From positions 1 through 49,530 of the IMG/VR virus record IMGVR_UViG_3300015050_000527: a stretch of DNA of 49,530 bases, one strand, 5' to 3'. This document shows, piece after piece, positions 8,229-15,883 of the stretch. A program made the translations under genes and the position numbers. The notes beneath the pieces are model-generated. The model made no database searches. It was given only the letters and a program-made list of their open reading frames with translations, and was not told where the DNA came from. Origin of the DNA: a virus (taxonomy: Duplodnaviria > Caudoviricetes). Numbering within the stretch: the stretch's first letter is position 1; each line of letters begins with the position of its first letter.

Positions 8229-8306
8229 TATTGAAGCACATTAGAACATGCCCCTAGTAGCAGTAGTGAATCAAGGGCAGAATGTTGAGTGTGCTTCAAT
8301 ATGGTG
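8224..8306 (+). repeat. fourth copy of the inverted-repeat stalk, fused to tRNA-Leu CCA
   Basis: CACCATATTGAAGCACATT ... GAGTGTGCTTCAATATGGTG. Confidence 0.88.
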
Positions 8307-8322
8307 AATAAATTAACACAAA

Positions 8323-8399
<77 letters not shown>

Positions 8400-8545
8400 A
8401 CATATATAAATGTATAACGACGATTCCTCCCACCAAAATGCACAGCATCGCTTTATGCTGTGGTAGGAATGCCTCTCAGTCCTAGGTCTGATGCATCTCA
8501 AACTACAACTAGAGTTCTAGCAAAAGAACATAGCACCAATTCAAT

Positions 8546-8578
8546 TCCTCAATAGCTCAGTCGGTAGAGCAACGCACT
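8546..8578 (+). pseudogene. 5' half of a tRNA (probably Asn) truncated at the anticodon loop
   Basis: TCCTCAATAGCTCAGTCGGTAGAGCAACGCACT followed by unrelated A-rich sequence; no matching 3' half. Confidence 0.75.
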
Positions 8579-8593
8579 CAGAAAACAAAAACA

Positions 8594-8601
8594 TATAAAT
8601 A
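8594..8601 (+). promoter_or_regulatory. T4-type late promoter
   Basis: TATAAATA upstream of endonuclease ORF with AGGAGG RBS. Confidence 0.7.
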
Positions 8602-8620
8602 ATAGCAGGAGGAAAACAAA

Positions 8621-9244
8621 ATGCTGTTATGTATATTCTGTAGTAAATCTTGTAAGAATGCAAACTCACTCAGAAACCATGAGAGATTGTGTCATTCTAA
8701 TCCAAATCGACAGATAAGTTCATTCTCCAAACAAGAGGTCAAAGATAAATTAAAGCCAACTAACGGAGCAATAAAGGCAAAACAGGAAGGGCGAGAATTT
8801 GTTTTCCCTGAAATCACCAGAAAAGCATTATCTGATGCTACATTAAATCGTACCGCTGAATGGCATAAAGAAAATGGTAAGAAAATCTCCAAAACAATAC
8901 AAGAAAAAGTATTAACTGGTGAGTGGCATACTTCTTTAGCTAAACATATGCACTATGAATATAATGGAGTTGATCTGCACGGAAAATGGGAAGTTGAATA
9001 CGCAAAATATCTGGACAGAAATGGGATAAAATGGGCGAGAAATAAAGACTCATTCGCATATACGTATGATGGAAAAGAGCGACGTTATACTCCAGATTTT
9101 TATCTCCCAGAAACTGATGAGTATGTAGAAATAAAAGGATATAAGACTGATAAAGACGAGACTAAGTGGGAACAATTTCCCAAACATCGAAAATTATTAG
9201 TGCTTATGAAACAAGAACTAGGATCTTTAGGAATAAAAACTTGA
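8621..9244 (+). mobile_element. free-standing homing endonuclease gene (Zn-finger + PD-(D/E)XK domain)
   Basis: CIFC...HERLC N-terminus; YTPDFYLP...YVEIKG catalytic motif; AT-rich; inserted in tRNA cluster. Confidence 0.8.
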
Positions 9245-9250
9245 TATTGC

Positions 9251-9325
9251 TGACCGATATCGTTCTAGGTGAGGCGAGTCTGACTGTTAATCAGAAATAG
9301 GTTGGTTCGAATCCAACTCGGTCAG
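9251..9325 (+). tRNA. divergent tRNA-Asn(GTT), no encoded CCA
   Basis: TGACCGA/TCGGTCA acceptor, TCTGA-CTGTTAA-TCAGA, GTTGG-TTCGAAT-CCAAC, G73. Confidence 0.8.
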
Positions 9326-9362
9326 CAATATCAAGACCAATATATAAAGAAAAGGAAAAATT

Positions 9363-9536
9363 ATGCAAAAGAAATGGTACATGTCAAAAACGGTTTGGGT
9401 CAACGCACTAGCTCTAGGAGCAGTGCTGCTACAAACTCAGTTTGGTTTTATTTTGACGCCTGAATTGCAGGCGATGGCATTGACTTTTATCAACCTTGGT
9501 CTACGTACAGTAACTAAGGAAGAAATCGTCTGGTAA
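9363..9536 (+). CDS. small 2-TM protein, holin-like (not in ORF track)
   Basis: MQKKWYMSKTVWVNALALGAVLLQTQFGFILTPELQAMALTFINLGLRTVTKEEIVW; AAGGA RBS. Confidence 0.65.
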   Translation: MQKKWYMSKTVWVNALALGAVLLQTQFGFILTPELQAMALTFINLGLRTVTKEEIVW

Positions 9537-9543
9537 AAAGTTT

Positions 9544-9619
9544 TGCGGGTAAGGTCTGGTCACTACTTCGGTCTCATAAGCCAGGAGCATCGCTGGTTCG
9601 AATCCAGCACCCGCAACCA
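9544..9619 (+). tRNA. tRNA-Met(CAT), initiator-like, atypical D and anticodon arms
   Basis: TGCGGGT/ACCCGCA acceptor, loop CTCATAA, canonical T arm, CCA; weak D stem and bulged anticodon stem. Confidence 0.65.
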
Positions 9620-9624
9620 ATATT

Positions 9625-9698
9625 GCCCCCATAGTTAAGTGGTATAACAGTTGCCTTGTAAGCATCAATTCCTAGTTCGATTCCAGGTGGGGGCACCA
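9625..9698 (+). tRNA. tRNA-Thr(TGT)
   Basis: Cloverleaf, loop CTTGTAA, CCA. Confidence 0.85.
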
Positions 9699-9758
9699 GT
9701 ATAAAATCGCGATGACACTCCGCGTACAATAGGATAAGTAGTGTGTCAACGAATTCAT

Positions 9759-9834
9759 GGGGGATTAGCACAGTTGGGAGTGCGCCTGCTTTGCAAGCAG
9801 GAGGTCGTCGGTTCGATCCCGTCATCCTCCACCA
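9759..9834 (+). tRNA. tRNA-Ala(TGC)
   Basis: G3.U70 identity pair, loop TTTGCAA, CCA. Confidence 0.92.
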
Positions 9835-9853
9835 AATATTATATGGAGTAAAA

Positions 9854-10039
9854 ATGAATGATGGCGGTAAAGGTTCAAAACCAAGACCATTCAGTATAAG
9901 TCAAGAAGAGTGGTCAAACAGATGGAATGCTATTTTCGCAAGGGACTTGCCTGATGAATTATCGAAAGTATTACCTGAAGCAAATTCTTCGATTGCTGAA
10001 AGCGAGTCTTCTGATGACAAAGGGAATGATTCTGAATAA
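9854..10039 (+). CDS. small phage protein (GGKGSKPRP family)
   Basis: GGAG RBS, MNDGGKGSKPRPFSISQEEWSNRWNAIF. Confidence 0.65.
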   Translation: MNDGGKGSKPRPFSISQEEWSNRWNAIFARDLPDELSKVLPEANSSIAESESSDDKGNDSE

Positions 10040-10050
10040 GAGAATTTAGT

Positions 10051-10124
10051 GTCTCGCTAGTGTAATGGCAGCATACGGGTCTCCAAAACCCTTGGTGGGA
10101 GTTCGAATCTCTCGCGGGATGCCA
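10051..10124 (+). tRNA. tRNA-Trp(CCA)
   Basis: Cloverleaf, loop CTCCAAA, G73, CCA. Confidence 0.88.
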
Positions 10125-10125
10125 A

Positions 10126-10133
10126 TATAAATA
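10126..10133 (+). promoter_or_regulatory. T4-type late promoter
   Basis: TATAAATA upstream of 10158 ORF. Confidence 0.65.
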
Positions 10134-10157
10134 ATCTTATTTGCATTGGAGATCATT

Positions 10158-10613
10158 ATGGCAACACAAACACTGATCATAGCGAACACTTCGCCCACAG
10201 TTGAAATCTACAGAGTAACTGATGGTGCAAACTCTTACATCATCGCACAAGATGGTTACTCAACAAACTCACCCAACACTGTATCGATTCAGATAGACTA
10301 TTCTCCTTTCCTTGAGAGAATAGCAACATCGCTTGAAACAATTGCAGTAGAAGTGTCAACTGCAAACTCATCTTATACTTTAGGTGAAAGTTTAGTTGGC
10401 ATGTGGTTAGCTATCAATAATCTTAGATTAGATGTTGGTGATCTTGTGCTTGAAGCTAACTCATCAACGCAGCATCTAAGTACAATAGCAAGCAACTTTG
10501 AAGTCGAAAGAGCGGTGAACGTATCCGAGATGAAATACGCAGATTACAATGATGACAACTTCGATAGACTAACTGTTGTTTCAAATGAAGTTCAAAATCC
10601 AACACAATTTTAA
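10158..10613 (+). CDS. late-expressed hypothetical (possibly virion) protein
   Basis: GGAG RBS, late promoter, S/T/N-rich acidic composition. Confidence 0.65.
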   Translation: MATQTLIIANTSPTVEIYRVTDGANSYIIAQDGYSTNSPNTVSIQIDYSPFLERIATSLETIAVEVSTANSSYTLGESLVGMWLAINNLRLDVGDLVLEANSSTQHLSTIASNFEVERAVNVSEMKYADYNDDNFDRLTVVSNEVQNPTQF

Positions 10614-10620
10614 ACACATT

Positions 10621-10694
10621 GCGGGGTTGGTATAGTGGTTGTGCTCTAGCCTTCCAAGCTAGTGAGACCGGTTCGATCCCGGTACCCCGCTCCA
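10621..10694 (+). tRNA. tRNA-Gly(TCC)
   Basis: GCGGGGT start, loop CTTCCAA, U73, CCA. Confidence 0.9.
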
Positions 10695-10724
10695 AAACCT
10701 AAGAGGTGTATCGTGTACTATAGA

Positions 10725-11207
10725 ATGAACATTGATGCGGTAAAAGATTTTATTATGAGTCAATCTCCAGAGACAAAGGTCTACATCGGTGGAGACTCTG
10801 AACGTATTCTTGTTAATGATGTATGGTACGCAGATTACACCCTTGCAGTAGTTGTTCACATTGATGGAAATCATGGATGTAAAATCTTCGGTGACGTTCA
10901 GCGTGAAAAAGACTACGAAAAGAACAAGAACAGACCTCGCATGAGACTGATGACTGAAGTCTATAAGATTTCAGAACTCTATCTTCGGCTTGCGGATGTT
11001 CTTGAAGATAGAGAAGTTGAAATTCATCTAGACATTAATCCCGATGAACGATACGGAAGCTCTTGCGTGGTGCAAGAAGCTGTTGGCTATATCAGAGGCA
11101 TGTGTAATGTGATCCCCATGGTTAAGCCAAAAGCGTTTGCAGCATCGTATTGTGCGGATAGACTAAAAGAAATCATGAACATGCAGCAACAAAAGATTGC
11201 TGCGTAA
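10725..11207 (+). CDS. RNase H-like YkuK family protein
   Basis: VYIGGDS, RLMTEV, EIHLDIN and KPKAFAASYCAD motifs. Confidence 0.8.
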   Translation: MNIDAVKDFIMSQSPETKVYIGGDSERILVNDVWYADYTLAVVVHIDGNHGCKIFGDVQREKDYEKNKNRPRMRLMTEVYKISELYLRLADVLEDREVEIHLDINPDERYGSSCVVQEAVGYIRGMCNVIPMVKPKAFAASYCADRLKEIMNMQQQKIAA

Positions 11208-11210
11208 AAC

Positions 11211-11239
11211 TTGACAGAGATTCGGTTCTCTGATACAAT
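11211..11239 (+). promoter_or_regulatory. sigma70 promoter
   Basis: TTGACA-17bp-TACAAT. Confidence 0.65.
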
Positions 11240-11284
11240 GAATTTCATTGATTGAATGTGATTTTTAACTATAAAGGTACTACT

Positions 11285-11722
11285 ATGAAGAAGATTGCTA
11301 TTGTTATTTCCATGATGTTTGCGGGTGCAGTAAGTGCCGCTGAAGTCTCCACTTCTTATGTGCATGACTATGAAACTGGTAAGAATGGTGCGCGAATTGA
11401 ACTGCCCGTCGGCAGTGTGTACGGCATCAAGCCCGTTCTCGGTGTCTCATACGTTGATGAGTCTTACACTCGCTACAGCGCAGGTGCAGATTATCAAGTT
11501 GTAAAGCTGGGTCCAGTCGCACTCTCAGTCGCGGGATCTGCTGTCTTTCAAGACTCACGCACAGGCAGTGATGGTTTTGGATTGACTGCTGGTGTCAAGG
11601 TATCAATGCCAGTGACTAAATCTGTTGATGTTGTTAGTCGAGTTGATCGATTCTTCGGTCAAAATCGAATCGCCGGCTTTGATGGGAACGTTGTCTCCGT
11701 CGGTCTAGCAGTGAAGTTCTGA
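11285..11722 (+). CDS. small outer-membrane beta-barrel protein
   Basis: Signal peptide ending AVSA; amphipathic beta strands; C-terminal VGLAVKF beta-signal. Confidence 0.75.
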   Translation: MKKIAIVISMMFAGAVSAAEVSTSYVHDYETGKNGARIELPVGSVYGIKPVLGVSYVDESYTRYSAGADYQVVKLGPVALSVAGSAVFQDSRTGSDGFGLTAGVKVSMPVTKSVDVVSRVDRFFGQNRIAGFDGNVVSVGLAVKF

Positions 11723-11760
11723 TTTAAATAAAAAAAACACCGCGGTGTTTTTTATACACA

Positions 11761-11847
11761 GGAAACGTGGCCGAGTGGTTTATGGCTCTAGTCTTGAAAA
11801 CTAGCGAAGGTTAACGCCTTCCGTGAGTTCGAATCTCACCGTTTCCG
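11761..11847 (+). tRNA. tRNA-Ser(TGA)
   Basis: Loop CTTGAAA, long V arm, G73; followed by CCG not CCA. Confidence 0.9.
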
Positions 11848-11862
11848 CCGCTCCGGGTTTTT

Positions 11863-11951
11863 AGTGAGTTGGATGAGTGGTTTAAATCGACACCCTGCTA
11901 AGGTGTTGTTCGTATAAACGCGAACCGTGGGTTCGAATCCCACACTCACTG
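11863..11951 (+). tRNA. tRNA-Ser(GCT)
   Basis: Loop CTGCTAA, long V arm, G73; followed by CCG. Confidence 0.9.
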
Positions 11952-11957
11952 CCGTTA

Positions 11958-11986
11958 TTGACAAGATATGATGTTTGTGATATAAT
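11958..11986 (+). promoter_or_regulatory. consensus sigma70 promoter
   Basis: TTGACA-17bp-TATAAT with extended TG. Confidence 0.75.
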
Positions 11987-11996
11987 GAACAAGTGC

Positions 11997-12073
11997 GCCC
12001 TGATGACGGAACTGGTATACGTGCGGGACTCAAAATCCCGATTCTGTGGGTTCGACTCCCACTTAGGGCACCA
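11997..12073 (+). tRNA. tRNA-Leu(CAA) with short variable loop
   Basis: Loop CTCAAAA, 5-nt variable region ATTCT, A73, CCA. Confidence 0.85.
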
Positions 12074-12082
12074 AAAGATTTC

Positions 12083-12161
12083 GGGCCGGTAGCTCATGTT
12101 TGGTTAGAGCAGCGTACTCATAATGCGTTGGTAGTGTGTTCGACTCACACCCGGCCTACCA
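12083..12161 (+). tRNA. tRNA(CAT), Ile2 or elongator Met
   Basis: Loop CTCATAA, GGGCCGG/CCGGCCT acceptor, CCA. Confidence 0.85.
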
Positions 12162-12181
12162 GTTATTGATATGTAAACTGT

Positions 12182-12273
12182 GGGAGCGAGACTTGGTAGT
12201 CAGGGAGTCCTTATAAGACTTTTAGCGCCAGATTAGCGTTCTTGAGAGGGTTCGATCCCCTCCGCTCCTACCA
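12182..12273 (+). tRNA. atypical tRNA(TAT), nominally Ile(UAU), with long V arm and 4-nt D loop
   Basis: GGGAGCG/CGCTCCT, GACT-TGGT-AGTC, loop CTTATAA, AGCGC/GCGTT extra arm, canonical T arm, ACCA. Confidence 0.75.
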
Positions 12274-12282
12274 ACCGAATAT

Positions 12283-12367
12283 GCTCCGATGGCGTAATAG
12301 GTAGCCGCAACGGACTTAAAATTCGTTATCGAAAGGTGTGCCGGTTCGATTCCGGCTCGGAGCACCA
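12283..12367 (+). tRNA. tRNA-Leu(TAA)
   Basis: Loop CTTAAAA, long V arm, CCA. Confidence 0.9.
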
Positions 12368-12373
12368 ATATAT

Positions 12374-12448
12374 GCACGGGTGGCAGAGTGGTCCAATGCA
12401 CAGGATTGCAAATCCCGATAACCGTGAGTTCGAATCTCACCCCGTGTT
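12374..12448 (+). tRNA. tRNA-Cys(GCA)
   Basis: Loop TTGCAAA, U73; followed by CCC. Confidence 0.82.
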
Positions 12449-12587
12449 CCCTGTTATGTTCTTGTGATAAGACGCTGTTGCACAAAGACAACACACACAA
12501 AATAACAGTTGACTCTATTGCTTTTATATGATAAAATTGATGTGTTGACAATTGTAATCAACACAACACAAATCAAAAGGAAATTGA

Positions 12588-12746
12588 ATGTCTGAATATT
12601 ATGCAACCGCCGAATACGCTGAGTTTCTTGATGCCGCCTTTTCTGACATTGAAAAGGGTGTCGCAAATCAAAATCAGATTTTGGCGTATTTGAACGAGAT
12701 GGTTTCTGGATGGGTTCGCGAGACTATGCAGGAGAAATCAGAATGA
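12588..12746 (+). CDS. small hypothetical protein (not in ORF track)
   Basis: AAGGA RBS; MSEYYATAEYAEFLDAAF..., stop overlaps next ATG. Confidence 0.55.
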   Translation: MSEYYATAEYAEFLDAAFSDIEKGVANQNQILAYLNEMVSGWVRETMQEKSE

Positions 12747-13054
12747 GCGGCGGATATTTCAATTACGATCAATACAAGATCGGATATATCTCAGATCAAA
12801 TTGAAGACATTGTTGATAAGTATACCGAAGACGGTCTTACTCAATATGGCGATAGGTGTAGAGTTATTTACACTGAAGAGGAGATCGAGAAGTTCAAAGA
12901 AGCATGTTATGCTTTAGAGAAAGCACAAATCTATGCGCAACGCATAGACTGGCTCTTATCTGGTGATGATGGAACGGATAGCTTTTTCCGCAGACTTGAA
13001 GTAGAACTTAAAGAATTGGAAGAAAAGTATGAGCAGAAAAAGTCTAAAACTTGA
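12743..13054 (+). CDS. conserved phage hypothetical protein
   Basis: MSGGYFNY...YAQRIDWLLSGDDG motif; GGAG RBS. Confidence 0.7.
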   Translation: MSGGYFNYDQYKIGYISDQIEDIVDKYTEDGLTQYGDRCRVIYTEEEIEKFKEACYALEKAQIYAQRIDWLLSGDDGTDSFFRRLEVELKELEEKYEQKKSKT

Positions 13055-13238
13055 CTATGAAACAGCGGATAGAATCACAATACTGAATCTAAAAAAATCT
13101 AGAAAGTTTATACAGAAAGAACTTGCTAAGAAAGAATCTTTGGATAAAATGCCCGATTACCTGTTAGCAGACTATGGATATGATCAGCGACTAATTCTAG
13201 CAATGACAACTATTCTAAACTACTACGGAGAAGATTAA
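13029..13238 (+). CDS. hypothetical protein
   Basis: 69-aa ORF coupled to upstream gene. Confidence 0.55.
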   Translation: MSRKSLKLDYETADRITILNLKKSRKFIQKELAKKESLDKMPDYLLADYGYDQRLILAMTTILNYYGED

Positions 13239-13603
13239 AGCGAAACTCTTTGATCATCTTCTCTTCTTTCTCTCTTTCTCTTATATTTCATATCTTGAAA
13301 TACAGTATAAAAGAACATAAGAAGAACTAGAATTGCAAGATTTATATTCATGACAGCTTCACCAAAATGACCCAACATGTTATATGATAATGAATGATGT
13401 GTTCCTGCTATCCACTCAATAACTATTGTCAGTGCAACGAATAGTGAACTGACGCCGACGTACCATATAGAAGTTGAAGCCCACGTGGGCATAATTCTAG
13501 AATGAATAGCAACGTAGAGTCCACCGAGAAACACTATCATATAACATGTGAAATTAATAATATTTGAGTAGCTGTCAATGTAAGAAATAAACTGAGTTAT
13601 CAT
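13235..13603 (-). CDS. 3-TM membrane protein
   Basis: Three hydrophobic helices and a basic C-tail. Confidence 0.7.
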   Translation of the reverse strand: MITQFISYIDSYSNIINFTCYMIVFLGGLYVAIHSRIMPTWASTSIWYVGVSSLFVALTIVIEWIAGTHHSLSYNMLGHFGEAVMNINLAILVLLMFFYTVFQDMKYKRKRERREDDQRVSL

Positions 13604-13609
13604 GGTGAA

Positions 13610-13993
13610 TTATTCCTTGTCTTTTTCTATAACAACTATAATCTTTTGATCTTCTTTCTTCTTCTCACCACCGCCCTTGACTTCTTTTACAACTTCTACA
13701 ATATCTTTATTTTGATTCTTCAACAGGAAGTTTGCGATCATTCCAAGAACACCATAAGCTAAGAATCCTACGCAGAATCCTGCCATGGATTGATTCTCCC
13801 ACGTTTGACTCATCTTGAATATATCAAGAAATGGTGTAGAGAATATTGTCGCGGAGCCGACTGAAACGCCGCCTCGCATGAATGCTTCGCCAATAGATTT
13901 GGGACGAATAAATGTAAGAATTGCTGCACCCCCCAAGAATCCACCGATCATAGCCGCTAGTTTTGCACTAATATAACTAATCGGTTCTGCCAT
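13610..13993 (-). CDS. membrane protein, putative holin-like
   Basis: GGAG RBS, Gly-rich TM segments, highly charged C-terminus. Confidence 0.65.
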   Translation of the reverse strand: MAEPISYISAKLAAMIGGFLGGAAILTFIRPKSIGEAFMRGGVSVGSATIFSTPFLDIFKMSQTWENQSMAGFCVGFLAYGVLGMIANFLLKNQNKDIVEVVKEVKGGGEKKKEDQKIIVVIEKDKE

Positions 13994-14166
13994 GCACAAT
14001 CTCCAGTAAGTATTGGTTTAATCTATTTATTTTTAATGAATATTTAATTCCGATTTGAATGTAATTCAAACAGAATATTTAATGTAAGAGTTAATCTATA
14101 TTTAGACGAGTGCTTTAAAGTTAACTGTTTTTGTCAACTACCACTTGATAAGCAAAGGAATACGAA

Positions 14167-14385
14167 ATGAGTAATACCTCCAGCATCTTTATTGTCATTG
14201 GCCACTCCGCTAGCGGCAACGAAGTTTACATAATGGGAATCTACCCTACACTGGCGCTGGTTCATGAACGAATGGACTGGCTCGAAAGTGATGAGGGTCA
14301 GAAAGAATTGGGCGTCAACAGTGTATATTATGAAATCGTTACACCCGGTCCAAATGGCACGAACTGTGAAATCGGGATTGTGTAA
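14167..14385 (+). CDS. hypothetical protein
   Basis: AAGGA RBS, 72 aa. Confidence 0.55.
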   Translation: MSNTSSIFIVIGHSASGNEVYIMGIYPTLALVHERMDWLESDEGQKELGVNSVYYEIVTPGPNGTNCEIGIV

Positions 14386-14470
14386 TAGTTGACAAAAACA
14401 GTCAACTATTAAAAAAACGCTTGACACGCATCTTCTCCTTTGCTATACTGAGTCTAACGAATCAAGAAAG
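14384..14470 (+). promoter_or_regulatory. early sigma70 promoter with IscR-type-1-like palindrome
   Basis: ATAGTTGACAAAAACAGTCAACTAT then TTGACA-17-TATACT and GAGTCTAACGAATC leader; near-identical copy at 23204-23288. Confidence 0.8.
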
Positions 14471-14476
14471 CAAGAA

Positions 14477-14908
14477 ATGAGAACCGAAAAGATTTTCCAT
14501 CAAAAGTACGCAGTGCAACCTGAACGGCAACTGCAAGTCGTCGAAACCACTCGCGGTACGATGAAGTTCAAGACTCAGAAGCAAGCCTACGATTTCTTCT
14601 GCACGATTGGTACCTGGGGCGAGTTCCGCACTCGCGAAGAGGGTTATCGGGCAATGCCCCACGATCTGACTACTGCCGTCGAGTACCACTTGGCTTACAC
14701 AGAAGGTGGGTTCGAGGAAGTCGAGAAGATTTTCGAGGCTCGCGTTGCTAAGTCCCGAATTCGGGAGAAGGAAGAAAAGGAAGCCAAGTCTTACTGGCGC
14801 GCCGAAAGTGAACTGCGCTACGCAGTTGCTGCTCTAGCTCCTCGCGACAGCGATCTGTATCTGAGTCACTATTCGATGAGTCATCCTTCTTATCGTTGGG
14901 GCGATTAA
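14477..14908 (+). CDS. early hypothetical protein
   Basis: 143-aa ORF right after strong promoter. Confidence 0.65.
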   Translation: MRTEKIFHQKYAVQPERQLQVVETTRGTMKFKTQKQAYDFFCTIGTWGEFRTREEGYRAMPHDLTTAVEYHLAYTEGGFEEVEKIFEARVAKSRIREKEEKEAKSYWRAESELRYAVAALAPRDSDLYLSHYSMSHPSYRWGD

Positions 14909-14913
14909 GCAAC

Positions 14914-15114
14914 ATGAACATGTTGCTTGAAGTTAAATATATAAATTCTAAGCAAGGCTACTATGTTATCAATCCATTCGATGGTGTTATTTCAGGCAAG
15001 TTTTGCAAACGATCCGACGCTGAAGACTTTGCTTACTCAAAAAACGCAAACACTTCACGCATGATTTTGAATACAATTGAAATTGACTTCAAGAAACAAA
15101 GGAACGCATCATGA
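14914..15114 (+). CDS. hypothetical protein
   Basis: Short ORF in operon. Confidence 0.5.
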   Translation: MNMLLEVKYINSKQGYYVINPFDGVISGKFCKRSDAEDFAYSKNANTSRMILNTIEIDFKKQRNAS

Positions 15115-15467
15115 CATGGGAAACAATGACTGATCTGGAACAAGCTCAATGTATGCATTGGGACATGTACAAGGATGCTTATGGTGTCCGTCCTCGCGGC
15201 ATCGATACCAGCACATGGACGATGGAGGACTTCGAAAAAGAATTTGAGATTCTGGGTAAAGTGATCGAACGTGCTGAAGCTGAACGTAAAGTCAATGAAT
15301 ATTATGCAGCTAAGGACTTTGAAGAGCGCATCGATGGGCTCATCAAACTTGGCGCTAAGACTCGCGAGACTGCACTGAAGTGGATTATGGAAGCTGATGA
15401 GTGTAACGGCGATTGGGAATATCTTGCGTACACTAACGGACTCTCTTACGGCTACTTTAAGAAGTGA
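15111..15467 (+). CDS. conserved phage hypothetical protein
   Basis: WDMYKDAYGVRPRG motif typical of T4-like early genes. Confidence 0.7.
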   Translation: MTWETMTDLEQAQCMHWDMYKDAYGVRPRGIDTSTWTMEDFEKEFEILGKVIERAEAERKVNEYYAAKDFEERIDGLIKLGAKTRETALKWIMEADECNGDWEYLAYTNGLSYGYFKK

Positions 15468-15471
15468 GATT

Positions 15472-15672
15472 ATGATGGCTGAATACTACGTTGAACTTCA
15501 AGACGCTAACGGTACTTGCTACGGTACTGTTGACCGCAACGACGACGTTCTGTATTTTGACGACATCGATGAAGCTCGGATGTACGCCAAGGATCAACTG
15601 TCTGAAGAGTATGTTGTGGTCAGGGTGATCGATGCTAGCAGTCAGCGAGTAGTGGACTTCTTCAAGGGGTGA
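15472..15672 (+). CDS. hypothetical protein
   Basis: Short acidic ORF. Confidence 0.55.
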   Translation: MMAEYYVELQDANGTCYGTVDRNDDVLYFDDIDEARMYAKDQLSEEYVVVRVIDASSQRVVDFFKG

Positions 15673-15673
15673 T

Positions 15674-15883
15674 ATGATGAACGAACGAATTCAACAAATG
15701 ATCTTCAGTCTCAATGAAAAAGTTGGAGTTCATTGGACTAATGAGGACAAGATAAAATTCGCCGAACTGATTGTTCGAGAAGCTGCTCAGGTCGTTGATA
15801 TTTGGTCAGATGAGGAACCTTGTTCCGAGGGCTATGACAAGTTCACGGTTTACAAGTTGAAGCAACATTTCGGAGTTGAATGA
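15674..15883 (+). CDS. HFGVE-family paralog 1
   Basis: MNERI...KFAELIVRE...KQHFGVE. Confidence 0.75.
   Translation: MMNERIQQMIFSLNEKVGVHWTNEDKIKFAELIVREAAQVVDIWSDEEPCSEGYDKFTVYKLKQHFGVE

Noticed and set aside
8480-8520. Hammerhead ribozyme (CTGATG)
   Set aside because: Lacks the CTGATGA...GAAA core and three-stem junction
8546-9325. Group I intron splitting one tRNA-Asn
   Set aside because: The downstream tRNA is complete with its own 5' half and does not pair with the upstream half; no room or visible core for a ribozyme around the ORF
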